A stretch of DNA of 64,000 nt from assembly GCF_009834535.1 (NCBI RefSeq), contig NC_045697.1, forward strand, positions 33,358,001-33,422,000, read 5' to 3'. This DNA is from Camelus ferus. Taxonomy: Eukaryota. This document shows positions 12,805-25,080 of the stretch, in pieces. A program made the position numbers and the translations under genes. Below the pieces are notes generated by a model. It searched no databases. It was not told the origin of the DNA and saw only the letters and a program-made list of their open reading frames with translations. The stretch's first letter is position 1. Each line of letters begins with the position of its first letter.

Positions 12805-12945
12805 ATATGCATTCAACAGATATTTATTAGAAAATCATTATTGAAAATAGGGATCATATGGAGTACAGCAGAAATCTAAGACCTGGTGTCTGTTCTCAAG
12901 ATGCTAAGCACCGAGTTAAGAGAAGAAGGCATGAATCAATTGGAA
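12805..12945 (-). mobile_element. LINE-2 3' end; appears to continue beyond the L1 at about 16350-16840
   Basis: 'cattcaacagatatttattag' is the reverse L2 terminus, followed by 'tctgttctcaagatgct'. Confidence 0.6.
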
Positions 12946-14330
12946 AAAAAAGAAAAAAAAAAAAAAAAAAAGAAAAGGATGTCATGGTTGGGCCAAGATG
13001 GTGGAGTAGCAGAATGCCTAGCTCACCCTCTCCCACAAACACAGAAAAATCTACACCTATATATGGAACAAATCACAAAGAATACCTATTGAACTTTAGC
13101 AGAATAGCTATTACATCAGAAATACAAGGAAATCCTCACAAAACCGGTAGGGAAAAAAGGAAAAGAAAAAGGAAATCAGTGTGAGACCTGTCCTGCAGGG
13201 AGGGAATGTGGTGTAGGCTGAGGCTGGGAATGTGCAGAACTGAACAGCCTGGGACCCCCATAAAAAGCACCACTGCTGGGTCTGTGGGGAGCAGTCGTGT
13301 AATGGAGCCTAGCCATAGCAGCCGTCTCCACAAGCATGGAGGGCATTGCTCGGCACCATTGCTGGTGTGCATTCTTGCAACAACAGAGGCAGGGTTCACA
13401 CACAGCCATCTTTTCTGCTTGCTCTGGAAGGGCATAATCATTGGTGCATGGCTCCAAGGTGAAGGCAGAGCTGAAACCTAAATACATATCCAAGGTTCTG
13501 GCAACTTTGCAGGCAGGACTGAGATTTGATTCTAGCCCCAGACAGCAATGGCAGATTTGCTCCATCGGTGCTTTTATGCACCCACACCACTGAGACAAAT
13601 GAGCAGAGTTCTGGTGTACAGCAGGGGTGCATTGGGCATTAACAGTGGGTCTGCGTACCATTTGTGGACTTGGGGCTGGGGTCTGGACTGACCCTGTGGC
13701 CCGTGGTGTATCCAGGTGTATGACTGCATGTGCACTCTGGCGGGTCCTAGTGCCTGATGTCAGCGGATCTGCACTGGTGGCTCTGAGGGTGCAGAATCTG
13801 GAGGATACTAGAGGGGGTTGCCAAAATTCCTGTGATTGAGGCAGGAACAAGGGCAGTATCAACAAGCGTATTTTGTAAGCCCACATACCAAATGACAGAC
13901 AACACTTCCTGATGGACATCTGCAGAGGAATACTCAGTGGCTCCCCTACCAGCCAAAGTGCTCTAATCCCACCTACCATACATTGTAGCTCAGAAACAGA
14001 TCTGGAAGCCTCTATTTCAACAACAGAGGAGCAGACCTGGCAAGGCTGTGACTACCACAGAGCAAACAGGAGGCCCTGCTCAATAATCAGGGCAGGCTCT
14101 AGTCACCACAACACCAACCACACCCCCAATCAAAGGGATAGTATCATTACATTTGGAGGAAAGACTTGGCAACCATCCATACTGAAAATAGCCCTCGCAA
14201 CAAAATCATTAGACATGCAGTCTCACAGAGATGGCTCCCAGTTTAAAACAACAACAACAAACAGCCCTTTGAGACAACAAGTAGATAACTATTACTCTTA
14301 AATTTATAGAGTCAGAGAAATATAAGTAAA

Positions 14331-15220
14331 ATAACGAAGCAGAGGAACCATTCCCAATTAGAAAAACAAGAGAAGTCCCCTGAAAAAATGAACATTGAAA
14401 CAGACCTTGACAGTCTACTCGATCCTGACTTCAAAAAGGAGGTAATAAGAGGACTGAATGAAATAAGACAGACTATCAATAGAAGTGCAGAATACTATAA
14501 AAAGGAAATAGAAACTATAAAGATGAGCCAATTAAAAGAAAATTCAATTGCTGAGGAAAAAAGCTGAGGTAAAGGCAGTCAAAAGCAGACTAGATATTGC
14601 AGAACAAATAAGTGATTTAACAAAAAGGATAACAGAAATCACCCAAATCAGAACAGCAGGCAGAAAAACAAATGAAAAACAATGAAAGCAATGTAAGAGA
14701 CCGATGGAATAATATAAAGCATGCCCATCAATCTATGCAGAATAAGGGTCACAGAAGGAGAAGAAAGATAAAAGGGGATGCAAGAGGTATTTGAAGAAAT
14801 CATGACTGAAAAATTCTCAAACCTAGAGATGGAAAAAGATATCCAAGTACAGGAAGCAGAGAGGGCCCCAAACAAGATGAATCTAAACAGACCTACACCA
14901 AGATATTGTAATTAAGATGGTCAAAGTTAGTGATAAAGAAAAGATTATAAAAGCAGCAAAGAAAAACAAAGTGTTAGTTACAAGGGAGCCCCCATAAGGC
15001 TTTCAGCTGATTTCTCTACACAAACACTGCTGGCCAGAAGGGGGTGGCAAGACATAATCAAAGTTCTGAATGAGAAAAGGCTGCAACCTAGGCTACTGTA
15101 CCCAGTAAGACTATCCTTTAGAATAGAAGGAGAAATAAAGAATTTCACAGACAAGCAAAAACTAATAGAATTAACAATACTAAACCTATCCTAAAAGAAA
15201 TATTGAAAGGTCTTCTCTAA
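14331..15220 (+). pseudogene. Decayed L1 ORF1p (start codon apparently mutated, frameshifts)
   Basis: Motifs read by hand: RPTPR, PIRLSADFS, ARRGW, YPVRLS. Ends ggtcttctc-TAA at 15220. No long ORF in the track. Confidence 0.85.
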
Positions 15221-15600
15221 ATAAAAAAGAAACAGAAAGCTATATAAAAGAGAAAACCATACTTGGAAATGTGGTAACTACAATGAGCTGCAAGAGAATA
15301 AACATAAAGATGTAAAAGAGGACATCAAAATCATAAAGTGTGGGAGAGGGGAGAAAGAATCTGTAGATTTTCTTTTTGTTCTTACAATGTGTTTGAGCCT
15401 ATATGACTACCAATCTAAAGCAAACAGATATAGTTGAAAAACAGAATAACCACAAATCAAAAGCATAAAATAAAATCACAAAAACCAAAAAGAAACCACA
15501 CTAACACAAAAGAAAATGATCAAACCACAAACAGAAAAGCAAAAAGAAAAAGAAAGGAACAGAGAAGAAATACCAAATCAACTGGAAAACAAAGTTTAAA

Positions 15601-16320
15601 ATGTTAGTAAACACACATCTTTCAATAATTGCCATAAAAGTCAATAAACTAAATGCTCCAATCAAAAGACAGAGAGTGGCAGACTGGATAATAAAACAAG
15701 AGGCTACAATATGCTACCCACAAAAGATGAACTTTAGGGTGAAGGATACACATAGATTAAAAGTGAGAGGATGGAAAAAATATATTTCATGCAAACGGAA
15801 AGGACAAGAAAGCAAGGGTAGCGATACTCGTATCAGACAAAAAAGACTTTAAAACAAACACTATAAGGAAAGATAAAGAAGGACACTATATAATGATAAA
15901 GGAGCAATACATGAAGAGGATATTACACTTGTTAACATATATGCACACAATATAGGAGTGCCTAAATATATAAAACAGATACTATTAGACGTAAAGGGAG
16001 GAATTGTTTGTAATATATTAATAGTAAGAGACTTTAACACCTCATTAACATCATCGGACAGATCTTCCAGGCAGAAAATCAGTAAGGTGAAAGATACTAA
16101 ATGACATAATGGAATAGTTGGATTTACTTGATATTTTTAGATAATATACCCCCCAAAACCAAAATACACATTCTTTTCAAGTATGCAAGGAACATTCTCT
16201 AGGACAGACTACATATTTGGACACAAAAGAAGCCTCAACAAATTTATGAGGATAGAAATTATTTCAAGCATCTTTTCTGACCACTATGGCATGAAACTAG
16301 AGATCAATCACAGAAAAAAA
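15601..16320 (+). pseudogene. Decayed L1 ORF2p APE-type endonuclease domain only
   Basis: ORF 15601 'MLVNTHLSII...LNAPIKR', then across frameshifts VNIYAHN, RDFNT (GDFN motif), FSRTDY and SDH. No reverse-transcriptase domain follows. Confidence 0.9.
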
Positions 16321-16349
16321 AAGAGAAAGAGAAAAAAATGATGTCACAG

Positions 16350-16840
16350 ATAGTATAAAATCAAATGCTAAATAAATGTTGTTAAAAATAAATACCACAA
16401 ACTGAAAAGAGAAAAGATTATCATGATTTGGAGCACTCAGCAGAAATGATGGCATTTTATTAGGCCTGTTAGATGAGTAGAATAGGGAGATTCCGGAGGG
16501 AAGAGGAAGGATTTTTCAGTGTTGCTCTTTGTGCATGGTACCTCATTAGACCGAGCACGATGTGTCCAGAGAGCACAAAACAGAAAGTTAATGTAAGAGA
16601 AGAGTCAGAAATAGAGAAGCACAAAAGATTGGGCTGACTCTGGATGCCTGGAACATCAGGCTAAGAAATCTGATCTTGATCCCTGTAGGTGAGAAATTCT
16701 TGAAGGTTTTGAGCAGGGAAGTACAATGGTGAAAACATTCTTCTTGAAAGAGAAATCTGGTGTCTATGTGAAGGGTTGGATGGGACATATTGAAAGCAGA
16801 ATGTCAGTGAACAGACCATTGCAAAAATTTGTTCTTATGA
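16350..16840 (-). mobile_element. LINE-2 fragment
   Basis: 'ttgaaggttttgagcagggaagtacaatggtgaaaacattc...agaaatctggtgtctatgtgaagggttgga' resembles reverse L2. Confidence 0.7.
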
Positions 16841-17269
16841 GGAAAAGCTATACTCATAATTCACATCATTAGGCAAGGTTGTCACTTAGAACTAAATTGA
16901 CTTGAATGAGACTGACAAGTCAATCTCAAGAAAACCTGCTGCAAGACTTTTGATACTACATGGATTAATAAACAAGATACTGCAGGATTTTTTTCTTTCG
17001 AAAACTATCATTATTTTGATAGAGCTTCATGTTCAGTGTAGGTGTTTCCAGGTGAAACCAAGAGAGAAATGGAGATCAGTAGCATATGGTCCCTCATTCC
17101 ATTGTTGCTGTTAATTCGTGATTGTACGATCTGCCCAGAGTTGTCAAGGAAATTGCTCCTCTGTTATTCAATAAACAACAGAAATATTCTTTATCAGTCA
17201 AGTTGGAAAACAAGGATGTCACTTTTCCTAACAGGATTTTTGTTATCATTTACAGTCTCTAATTTTGAG

Positions 17270-17560
17270 ATCCATTGGTTCATCCAAGCATTTATTCATT
17301 CATTTGTACTTGTATTCAACAAATACGTATTGAGTGCCTCTCCTGTACTAGCTGTTTGGAGCTCACTAACAGAGCTACCTAAAACATAAACAAGATACTC
17401 TCTTTCTTCTTTGAAGTTCATGGACTAGTTGGAGAAGACTCCTGTGAACTATAAGCTACCATAACCTACAGTTGTGATAAGCTTTATGATATGATTAACA
17501 CTGATTGCTTTGAGAACACACAGGAAAGGAAATGATCCTATCTTAGAAATCACAGCAAAG
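17270..17560 (-). mobile_element. LINE-2 3' end
   Basis: 'cattcatt...ttcaacaaatacgtattgagtgcctc'. Confidence 0.75.
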
Positions 17561-17564
17561 GTGA

Positions 17565-17775
17565 TATCTCTGCTCTACTTCTACCACTTAACAGCCATGT
17601 TACCTTGGGCAAATTAATTAACCTCTCTGCATCACTTTCTTCATCTGTAAAATGGTACCTCTTTTATGTGGCCTTTGAAAGAGTAAGTTTCATTCATATA
17701 TGTGTGCATGTGTGTGTGTGTGTTTATAAAGACTGCCACCTAATAAACCAATGAACGTTAGCAATTATCACCATT
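17565..17775 (+). mobile_element. MIR SINE
   Basis: 'accttgggcaaattaattaacctctctgcatcactttcttcatctgtaaaatgg'. Confidence 0.85.
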
Positions 17776-18222
17776 ATTTATGTTATTATCATCATAATTA
17801 TCATCATTATTATGCTGAATCATAAAAAATGAGTAAGGCTCACCTACGAAAATGAGGCAGTATGGAAGGGAGGGTACTGCATGCAGATGTAAGAGAGGGT
17901 CTAACTGATGGGTGGGGATGGGAGAAATTAAGAGTAGAGGCTATGGAGGGGGGACATTTCTTTCCAAGGTATCTGTTAATAATGAATTTTTGTTGCAGTA
18001 GCATTTTCTCTCAGTTTGCAAGGGCTTCTTGCTTTCTTTCCACTTATCTTTGTGTTTCCTGTTCCCCAAGTACCAACCTCTGAGTCTCACCAAACCCCGG
18101 GAACCAAAAGGATGTTTCATGGTGTTCACTTTATGATGAGAAAGTGATTATGGTTCAAGATTAAGGCAAACTCTCACTGGGTAGAAATATGAAGGCCAAA
18201 AGCCTTCTTGTATATTACTTTT

Positions 18223-18399
18223 TAAAACTGAAATGTAATTAACATGTACCTTTATACGAGTTTCAGATGTACAACATGAGGCTTCACCACTTGTGTCTAT
18301 CATGAAATGATCACCACAATAAATCTAATTAACATACATTGCTGCACATATTTATATATTTTTTCTTGTGATGAGAATTTTTAAGATCCACTCTCTTAC
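18223..18399 (-). mobile_element. Short L1 3' end (L1MA9-like) with 14-bp TSD
   Basis: TSD tgtatattactttt at 18209-18222 and 18400-18413. Contains 'gtgatgagaatttttaagatccactctctta'. Confidence 0.9.
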
Positions 18400-18459
18400 T
18401 GTATATTACTTTTAATCAGACTACCTCCAACTCAAACCACAAACATCCCCAAATTAAAT

Positions 18460-18580
18460 GCATATGTTTGTCTATATCCACCTTTAAAACTTTTTTCTCA
18501 GGAAGAATAAGTATTTTGTTTCATCAGATTCTCAAAGGAGTCTTTGACTCCCCTCCAAAATAAAAAAAAATTTGCTCTAA
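18460..18580. mobile_element. hAT-Charlie MITE fragment
   Basis: 'tttcatcagattctcaaaggagtctttgactcc' resembles Charlie-family ends. Confidence 0.5.
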
Positions 18581-18855
18581 AAGTAAATAACTCTTGGCCA
18601 TCTTTTACTGCAACTATGGATAAAGTACAATTTTTCAGCAAGATTAAAATGATTTACATGTCTTTTATACCTATTTGGGTTTTCAGCTTATGGTATCTTC
18701 TGGGGCATTGAATTCCACAAGGATGCTTTCCATTATAGAAAGTAATTATTTCCATTTTCTTGTACTAAAAATCCTTCAAATATCAAGCTATATCCACAAG
18801 TTCTAGCATTACAGGATCTTAAGAACAAGTCCCCAGTGAGAAGCACTGCAGGGCA

Positions 18856-19083
18856 ATGCTTCTCAAATTATCTGTGAGAAAAGACCTTTTATTTCCCCTT
18901 TCTTTTTCCCTCTGATCTGTTGCAGAAACATCCTGTTGTAAAATAAAATTTTTAAATGTGGCAATGTCATATTTCTGTAAAAACATCTAAGTGCGTACTC
19001 TCAACCTTTTATACTTATTCCAGAAGCATAAAAATAGTTCAGAGGCCAGCAGCTGTCCTCGGACCACACTTTGAGCAGCGTTA
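18856..19083. mobile_element. hAT-Charlie non-autonomous element
   Basis: TIR-like ends 'caatgcttctcaaa' and 'ggaccacactttgagcagcgtt'. Confidence 0.7.
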
Positions 19084-19186
19084 TTATAGCATCCAGGAGC
19101 TAGAATGCATTCTCTTCTATGGACAATTGCTTTTTATGAGGGAATTGGTAAAGTCTGAAAGGCCCACGTGTTTCAGAGAAGTTATT

Positions 19187-19364
19187 CTTTTTTACTGTGG
19201 TAAAAAAGCACATAACATGAGACCTACCCTCTTAACACATTTTTCAGTACAAGGAACAGTACCGTTACCTGTAAGCACAGTGTGATCTCTAGGACTTTTC
19301 CATCTTGTGTGGCTGAAACTCTATACTCGTTGAACAGCAATTTCTTCCTCTCCCCTCTCCTCAG
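19187..19364 (-). mobile_element. Short L1MA/MB-type 3' end with approximately 12-bp TSD
   Basis: agagaagttatt (19175-19186) and agagaaattatt (19365-19376). Contains 'cacataacatgagacctaccctcttaaca...gatctctaggactt'. Confidence 0.8.
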
Positions 19365-20849
19365 AGAGAAATTATTTTAATGGTAAAAGTTCAACCTATG
19401 ATGGATATAGGAACAAGGGGCAAATTCCCAGCCCCATCTGAATGTGCTTAGGGAATGATTAAATCAGATGGCATATATAATCAGATGACAGGACTCAACA
19501 AAAATAATGAACGTAATAAAGTGATTACTCTATCCCTGGCACTCCTGAAAATACCTTGCTGATGGGAGTTGCTGTGTTTTTTGTTCACATAAAAGATCAG
19601 CTATTACCTTGTGTAAAGCCTTCATTTTTATAAGCTTTCTTTTTAAAAGAGGGGTCTTAATACAACAAGTCTTCAAATATACTTCAGCCAATCCTTATCT
19701 TACGATCAATACTTATACAAGAATGTATGAAACAGGAAGTCAGATTTCAAGGTGATTGCTATGTAGCAAGACAGAAAACATAAAAATAAATCGAACACAA
19801 TGCATTGTAAGACCAGAAGCTTATGGGGCATATAGAAAATAAAAAAGTAAAGATGTTAAGGAGAAGAAGAAACACTTTTTTTTTCCTAAGGATAAAGATG
19901 AAGGCTAATGTGAATAACTTTTCATTTGTGTGGCTTCATTATTGAGTTATCTTGTGCATTTTAATCTTTGGGGGAAAATAATTTACTACTGTTTATTATG
20001 AGACACACAACATTTCATTGTGTAATGATTCAGAAACTACAGAGCAGACATGTTTAAGAGCAGAAGCAATGAGATCAACGGTGTTAAAATGAAAAGCTTA
20101 ACGAGGGGACCAGATCTTGGAGCTGTTCTAGAAGCATGTACCTTATCAATGGGCAGAGGTGAAAATCCTAAAGTGAGTGATCGTAAAGCAAGGTAGAAAT
20201 TGAAGAAGATGAGAGTGATCACGCAAATTATTCTACATAAAATAGGCAGAACTGAGAAATCAAACTTAATTTCCAAAGGAAAAGGAAATGTGATCATCTG
20301 AGAGAGACAGGTAAATGAAATGGAATGGGGAGGTGGAGGAAAAGAGGACACTTTAGAAAAACTGTTACAGTCAATGTGTTGGCAAATCACCAAGATACGA
20401 ATGATGTTATCTCCACTGAGAACCCAGCTAAAGCCAAATAGCAGGGTTCAATTCTTGGAGTCATCAACATTGGGAAAATTCCCTGAATTGATTATAGGGA
20501 GATTCCCTGAGTCATCTTTAGTGTTCCTAAGATAACAAAAACATTTTCCTACAAATGAAAATGCACGAAAATTATGTCTGCATTCCTCTTCTGAATAAAC
20601 ATACGATATGATTATATAAGTGTAGGAAATGACTCAGAGTCTGTAGCCATGAGACTAAAAGTCTTGGTTGTGAAATGGTTTATCTCTTTGATTAGATTTT
20701 ATTAAAGACACACTTAGATTCCTGTGTGAGCATGATGATCAGTTTAGTGAAAACTATCCACTGGATAAAAAAGCAAAACTAAAAATGCAATGATCTGATC
20801 AGATCTTATTATAGTCTAACTATATACAACATAGTGAGTTGACAGCTTA

Positions 20850-21620
20850 TTCCTAAACACTAGGGCCACACCTCTAACTAACTACTGAGAAAGTTCCACC
20901 TGGGCATCTTGTCAACCCTTAAAATTAACACTATAACAAAATATTAGTTTAATATCTTCCTCTCTACAGCTTTTTTGCCTTTTGCATTCTCAAATTCAGT
21001 TGATATCATTCTTATTCCAGGAATTCAACTCTCTTTTGTCTTGACGTTCATAGCTAACCTGCTGTCAAACTCATTTGATTTTGCAATAACAATAGTGAAA
21101 TGGGCAATATTTCTTGAGCACTGACTATGAGCTAGGCTCTATGCTAAAACTTTGTATGTATCCTTTCATTAAATTCTCATCCTCATATAAATCTATAAGT
21201 AGTAGCTCTGTTATGCTCATTTGTAAAATAAGGTAACGCTTAGATCAATTGAATAACTTGTCCAAATCCATACTGCTGGTAAGCAGGGGAGCCAGGATAT
21301 GAATTTCTGCTCTTATTAATATATTGTACTCCTCCTCCTCCTTTCCACTCAAATACATTCTCCTCATGCAGTCTTTCATCACTTTTTTATTCCATCTGAG
21401 CTTTCTCATATACTGCTGCCTAACTGATCTTTCTACAGCACATCCTGACTAAAACATCATAAATATATTCCTGTTGCTTAATAAAAAGCAACTCAAATTT
21501 GACAGCCAAAGGGTCAAACCTTTCATACTTTGGGCTCAATTTATCTTTCCAGCCCCATCTTTCCTCGTTCCAGTCGCACATCCCAACTCCAGCTGAATTA
21601 ACATCTCTTTTCCTCAGAGG
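20850..21620 (+). mobile_element. LINE-2 fragments surrounding a MIR
   Basis: 'ccacctgggcatcttgtcaacccttaaaattaaca' and 'gctgcctaactgatctttctacagcacatcctgact'. Confidence 0.6.
21088..21330 (-). mobile_element. MIR SINE
   Basis: 'ttcttgagcactgactatgagctaggctctatgcta...aataacttgtccaaatccatactgctggtaag'. Confidence 0.8.
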
Positions 21621-22503
21621 ACTGTGCATGTGCAAAAGCTGAGAAGGGGTGAGTATTGAGGAAAGGAAGAGTCTTCCCTGTGGGAGATTTAGGGACTAGG
21701 CTAGAAAGGTGGTAGCAGCTGGCTGGAATGCAAAGGAATCTGAATCTCATGCAAATAAGTTTGGCTTTTGGCCTGGAGTCAAATGAGCTTGATTGTGGTA
21801 GAGATGAGGGTTGGTGGCGGGTGTAAACTTGGGGGCACAGTGCCTATTCTTACAATTCTTTGATAATATTCTGTCTGAAGAAACAATCTATCTTTATTTT
21901 TGGTTTTTATCAGCATGATTAAGGAATTAGAATGTATAGCAAGATCAGCCAGATTAGTTTGCTTCAAATATCTCTACGGTTAATGTGGACTGTGAGACAG
22001 TCTTGAACCAAACAAAGTATTTGATTTTCTCAAGATATGAAGAGATCTCAGGGTGAAGGAAATGTCAAAAGAACTTTAAATAAAAGACAGTAATATATAA
22101 TTATTTACAAAAGGTAAAAGTGATAAAGGCTGGCCTAGAAGTAGTTGCTTTGATGAAATATGACAGCCAAACCAACTTATCACAGGGCACACAATAGGAT
22201 AGTGGATAATTAGCAGATATTTTCCTTAAACAATTTGGAAATGTATCTCAAAATTTTTCTTATTCAAAAATATTTTTGATCAGTCTGATCAAAATCTTCA
22301 CTCTACTCTCTTAGAAAAATCCAAACATAAGCTATCTGTAAAATAATAACATGTATGTGAAATCAAACAAAAATATCAAAAGATCTCTATTGATTAATAC
22401 GCAGCTTCACATTTTGTATTCTAAATAATAAGCTGTGTTTATTTTTCTTTTAGGTTTTATAAAAATAATTTATCAAAAAAATTGTAAATACAGCGGTAAA
22501 TTT

Positions 22504-22853
22504 AGTTGACCTTAGAAAAACAAAAGAGCCAGTTATCTTACCAGCAAAATGAATTTTTTTCAGGAATAGCAGAGAACTTGCAGTTTGGGATAAGGAAACT
22601 ATGGGGAGCCATAAACAAGTCCAGAGAACCAAGGCAAGGGTCTGGCTTTTATAGAGGGAGGGAGCAAACTGTAGAGGGCTGTGACGGTTCTTCTTTGGTT
22701 GCAGACAGTAGGCAGCTTGTCGGCCCTGGGTCAGAAGGCAGTCTCTCTCCCTGCGGGGTCTGTTAGCTGTGGTCAGGGACACAATCATGAGAGCTCCCCC
22801 TTCAGGGCTTCCAGACTCCATTTTAAATGAGAGTTCCTTGATTCATTTTCACA
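22504..22853 (-). mobile_element. ERV1-class solo LTR
   Basis: Minus strand begins tgtgaaaat...aaaatggagtc and has TATAAAA near 22647-22653. Flanks attt/gttt are a possible 4-bp TSD. Confidence 0.75.
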
Positions 22854-23584
22854 GTTTCATTAAAAGAACATTTTCAAAGCACCAAATAGTTTCTATTGGG
22901 CAATTAAAATATCACTTACATACATTACAGAATAGCAGTCCCTATCTTGCACTCCATGTGTGTTAGAAAGAAATCTGAAGCCCAGAAGTGCATGTATTTG
23001 GAAGACCGAGAATTCGATGGGCATGACATTTTCTAGCCAGATAAAAATACACATGCATATGTCTGTATGACTCATTCCACACGACTCAAAATTGCTGGAG
23101 AGTGGGTGTAGCTATGAATATTACTGCACAATGTAGTTTTCAAAGGAAAAAAAAAAACAAATTTGGCAGCTTCCAATCTTCCTGAGGAACTTTAGATTAA
23201 TTGAAATTTTAATTAATAAAATATCTAACTAAAAATGCATTGAAGGTATGTCATGTGGTAGAGAACAAATGAGGGAGAATGAATAATACAGAACCAAGGT
23301 GATAACTGTTCTATAAATGCGCAGTTTTCATCCGTCTAACTACATTCTAACTAAGGTAGGCCATGTCTCAGCCAGTAAATTGAAACAGCAATTGACTTTT
23401 TTGGGGGCAGTACTTCAGTTTCATTGTATTTCATATCCAACTTGTGAGATCTGAGTTGTCCAAATTGTTTTTTCAATTTCAAACATCTCTTTGTAAATTG
23501 TGACTTGATTATTAGTTGTGATTAAGCCCGGTTTTAATAGATGAGAAAAATAATACAGAGGTCCTTAATAAGTATCATTTTTCC

Positions 23585-23830
23585 TTATGTGTTTCCATAA
23601 GTGTTTCCTTATGCCAGGTACTTTGGGGGGTGACTTTACATGCATTATCCCTTTTAAACCTAAAAGAAAAACATATAAACTTCTTATTATGATTATCCTT
23701 TTTTTTTTTTTTTTTTTGCAGGTGAAAAAAACAAATAGTATGGTGTATGCTACACAGCTAGTAAATGACTGTGTCCCAGGTTTGTCTGATGCCAGGTTCC
23801 TTCTCTAAACTAGTATGATACTCAGCACCT
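23585..23830 (-). mobile_element. MIR SINE
   Basis: 'ttatgccaggtactttgg...ctttacatgcattatcc...cacagctagtaaatgac...cccaggtttgtctgatgcc'. Confidence 0.8.
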
Positions 23831-24479
23831 CTGTAAAAAGGATTATTTTAATTTAACAAAGATCATGGGGCCATTAAAATTAAAACATGGATGAGAGGGA
23901 TGGTATAAAAGCATGTCCACAGGGGTTTAAACATGTATGTGAAGGTTAATATATGAACAATCATATATTTATACAAATGTATATTCTCATTTTATAAAAA
24001 TTGTCCCAGTGATTCACTCAACTCTAAAGCAAAGCCGATATTATTATTTTTTTTCACAAAGGCTTATACAAACATAGTAATGTACAGAAGTTGTGTAGGA
24101 AGCTTGTTGTCGGAAAGTTTATAAATGGACTAAATTTTATCTATAACAGAGCCCAGTGCACAGATTTTTGTCTTTGTAAATCACCATATAGAAATTTTTA
24201 AAAACTAGATGGTTATTAAAGCTTAAGTCCAGACAGACCGATAGTGAATGAACCCACTTCATGAGGCCATGGCTATGTGAGGGAGAGAAAAAAGGATAAA
24301 GATACAGAAAACAACCTCCATGGTTCATTTCAGTGCATCTTAATAGTCAAGGCCAGTCACTGCAGCTTTCGCTACAGGTATTGATTACGAAACTGGCATT
24401 GTGAACCGGAAAGGCTTCGCTGGCTGCCCTGCCATCCATTTTATTGACTTAGGCATAAGTGAGCTTCAATCAGCAGATA

Positions 24480-24531
24480 TTTGCTTTGCTCAACATGAGC
24501 AACATGCTTTGCTCATGTTGAGCAAAGCAAA
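24480..24531. repeat. Perfect 23-bp inverted repeat with 6-nt spacer
   Basis: tttgctttgctcaacatgagcaa-catgct-ttgctcatgttgagcaaagcaaa. Arms checked base by base. Confidence 0.97.
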
Positions 24532-24929
24532 AAGCAAAGAAGAAGCAGAACTACTTCTCGCTAATATTTTTTGTGCTCTTCGAAGATTTCATAGGTTTCA
24601 TTGACAAATTTACGGCTGTCTGTACATTTGCGCTCTGCAAAATGCTTCACATTGCTCTCACCTCTCCCGACTTCATATAGCTCAATTAATCTGCATAAGA
24701 TGTTTAGCTTTTACTATTAGTCAGAGTTGAATTTTCCAGTTGTTCACAACTGTTCTTCTTTCCTCAAATAGTAAACACTCCCCAATAGTAAATATAAGCT
24801 TATCAAGGACAGGGTGTGTCATATTAATTCATTTACTATTGCATTAAAGGTGCTATTTTTTCATACAAAAAGGGTTTATTATCATAAAATGATTCAGTGT
24901 TAGCACATCCTTTTACTATTTTAAATTAG

Positions 24930-25080
24930 AAAAAGTTACTCAACCGTTGTGAACTTCAGTTTTTTTCATCTTTAAAATGTGAATAGTCAAAGTGAATTGT
25001 AATGATAGTGAAAATTAAATGAAAGAATTTCTGGAAAGTGCCTAAAACACGGTCTGGAAGATTCTCAGCCCGCAGTGGTC
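24930..25080 (+). mobile_element. MIR SINE fragment
   Basis: 'aagttactcaaccgttgtgaacttcagttttttcatctttaaaatg'. Confidence 0.75.

Larger units (their letters stand above)
12985..16334 (+). mobile_element. LINE-1 with intact 5' end (5' UTR, ORF1, inter-ORF spacer, ORF2 endonuclease) and 3' truncation
   Basis: Starts 'gggccaagatggtggagtag' (L1 5' end with YY1-like AAGATGG). GC-rich 5' UTR of about 1.3 kb, then ORF1 and ORF2 motifs. Flanked by aaaaggatgtca (12973-12984) and aaaatgatgtca (16335-16346). Confidence 0.95.

Noticed and set aside
13176..13979. 267-aa minus-strand ORF, the longest in the track
   Set aside because: It lies antisense within the GC-rich L1 5' UTR, where stops are rare. 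It has no recognisable domain and its start is not an ATG. No grounds to call it an ORF0-like gene.
22274..22294. 10-bp inverted repeat ttttgatcag-t-ctgatcaaaa, and similar small palindromes at 20792-20805 and about 55428-55462
   Set aside because: Short and AT-rich. Not clearly beyond chance in 64 kb.
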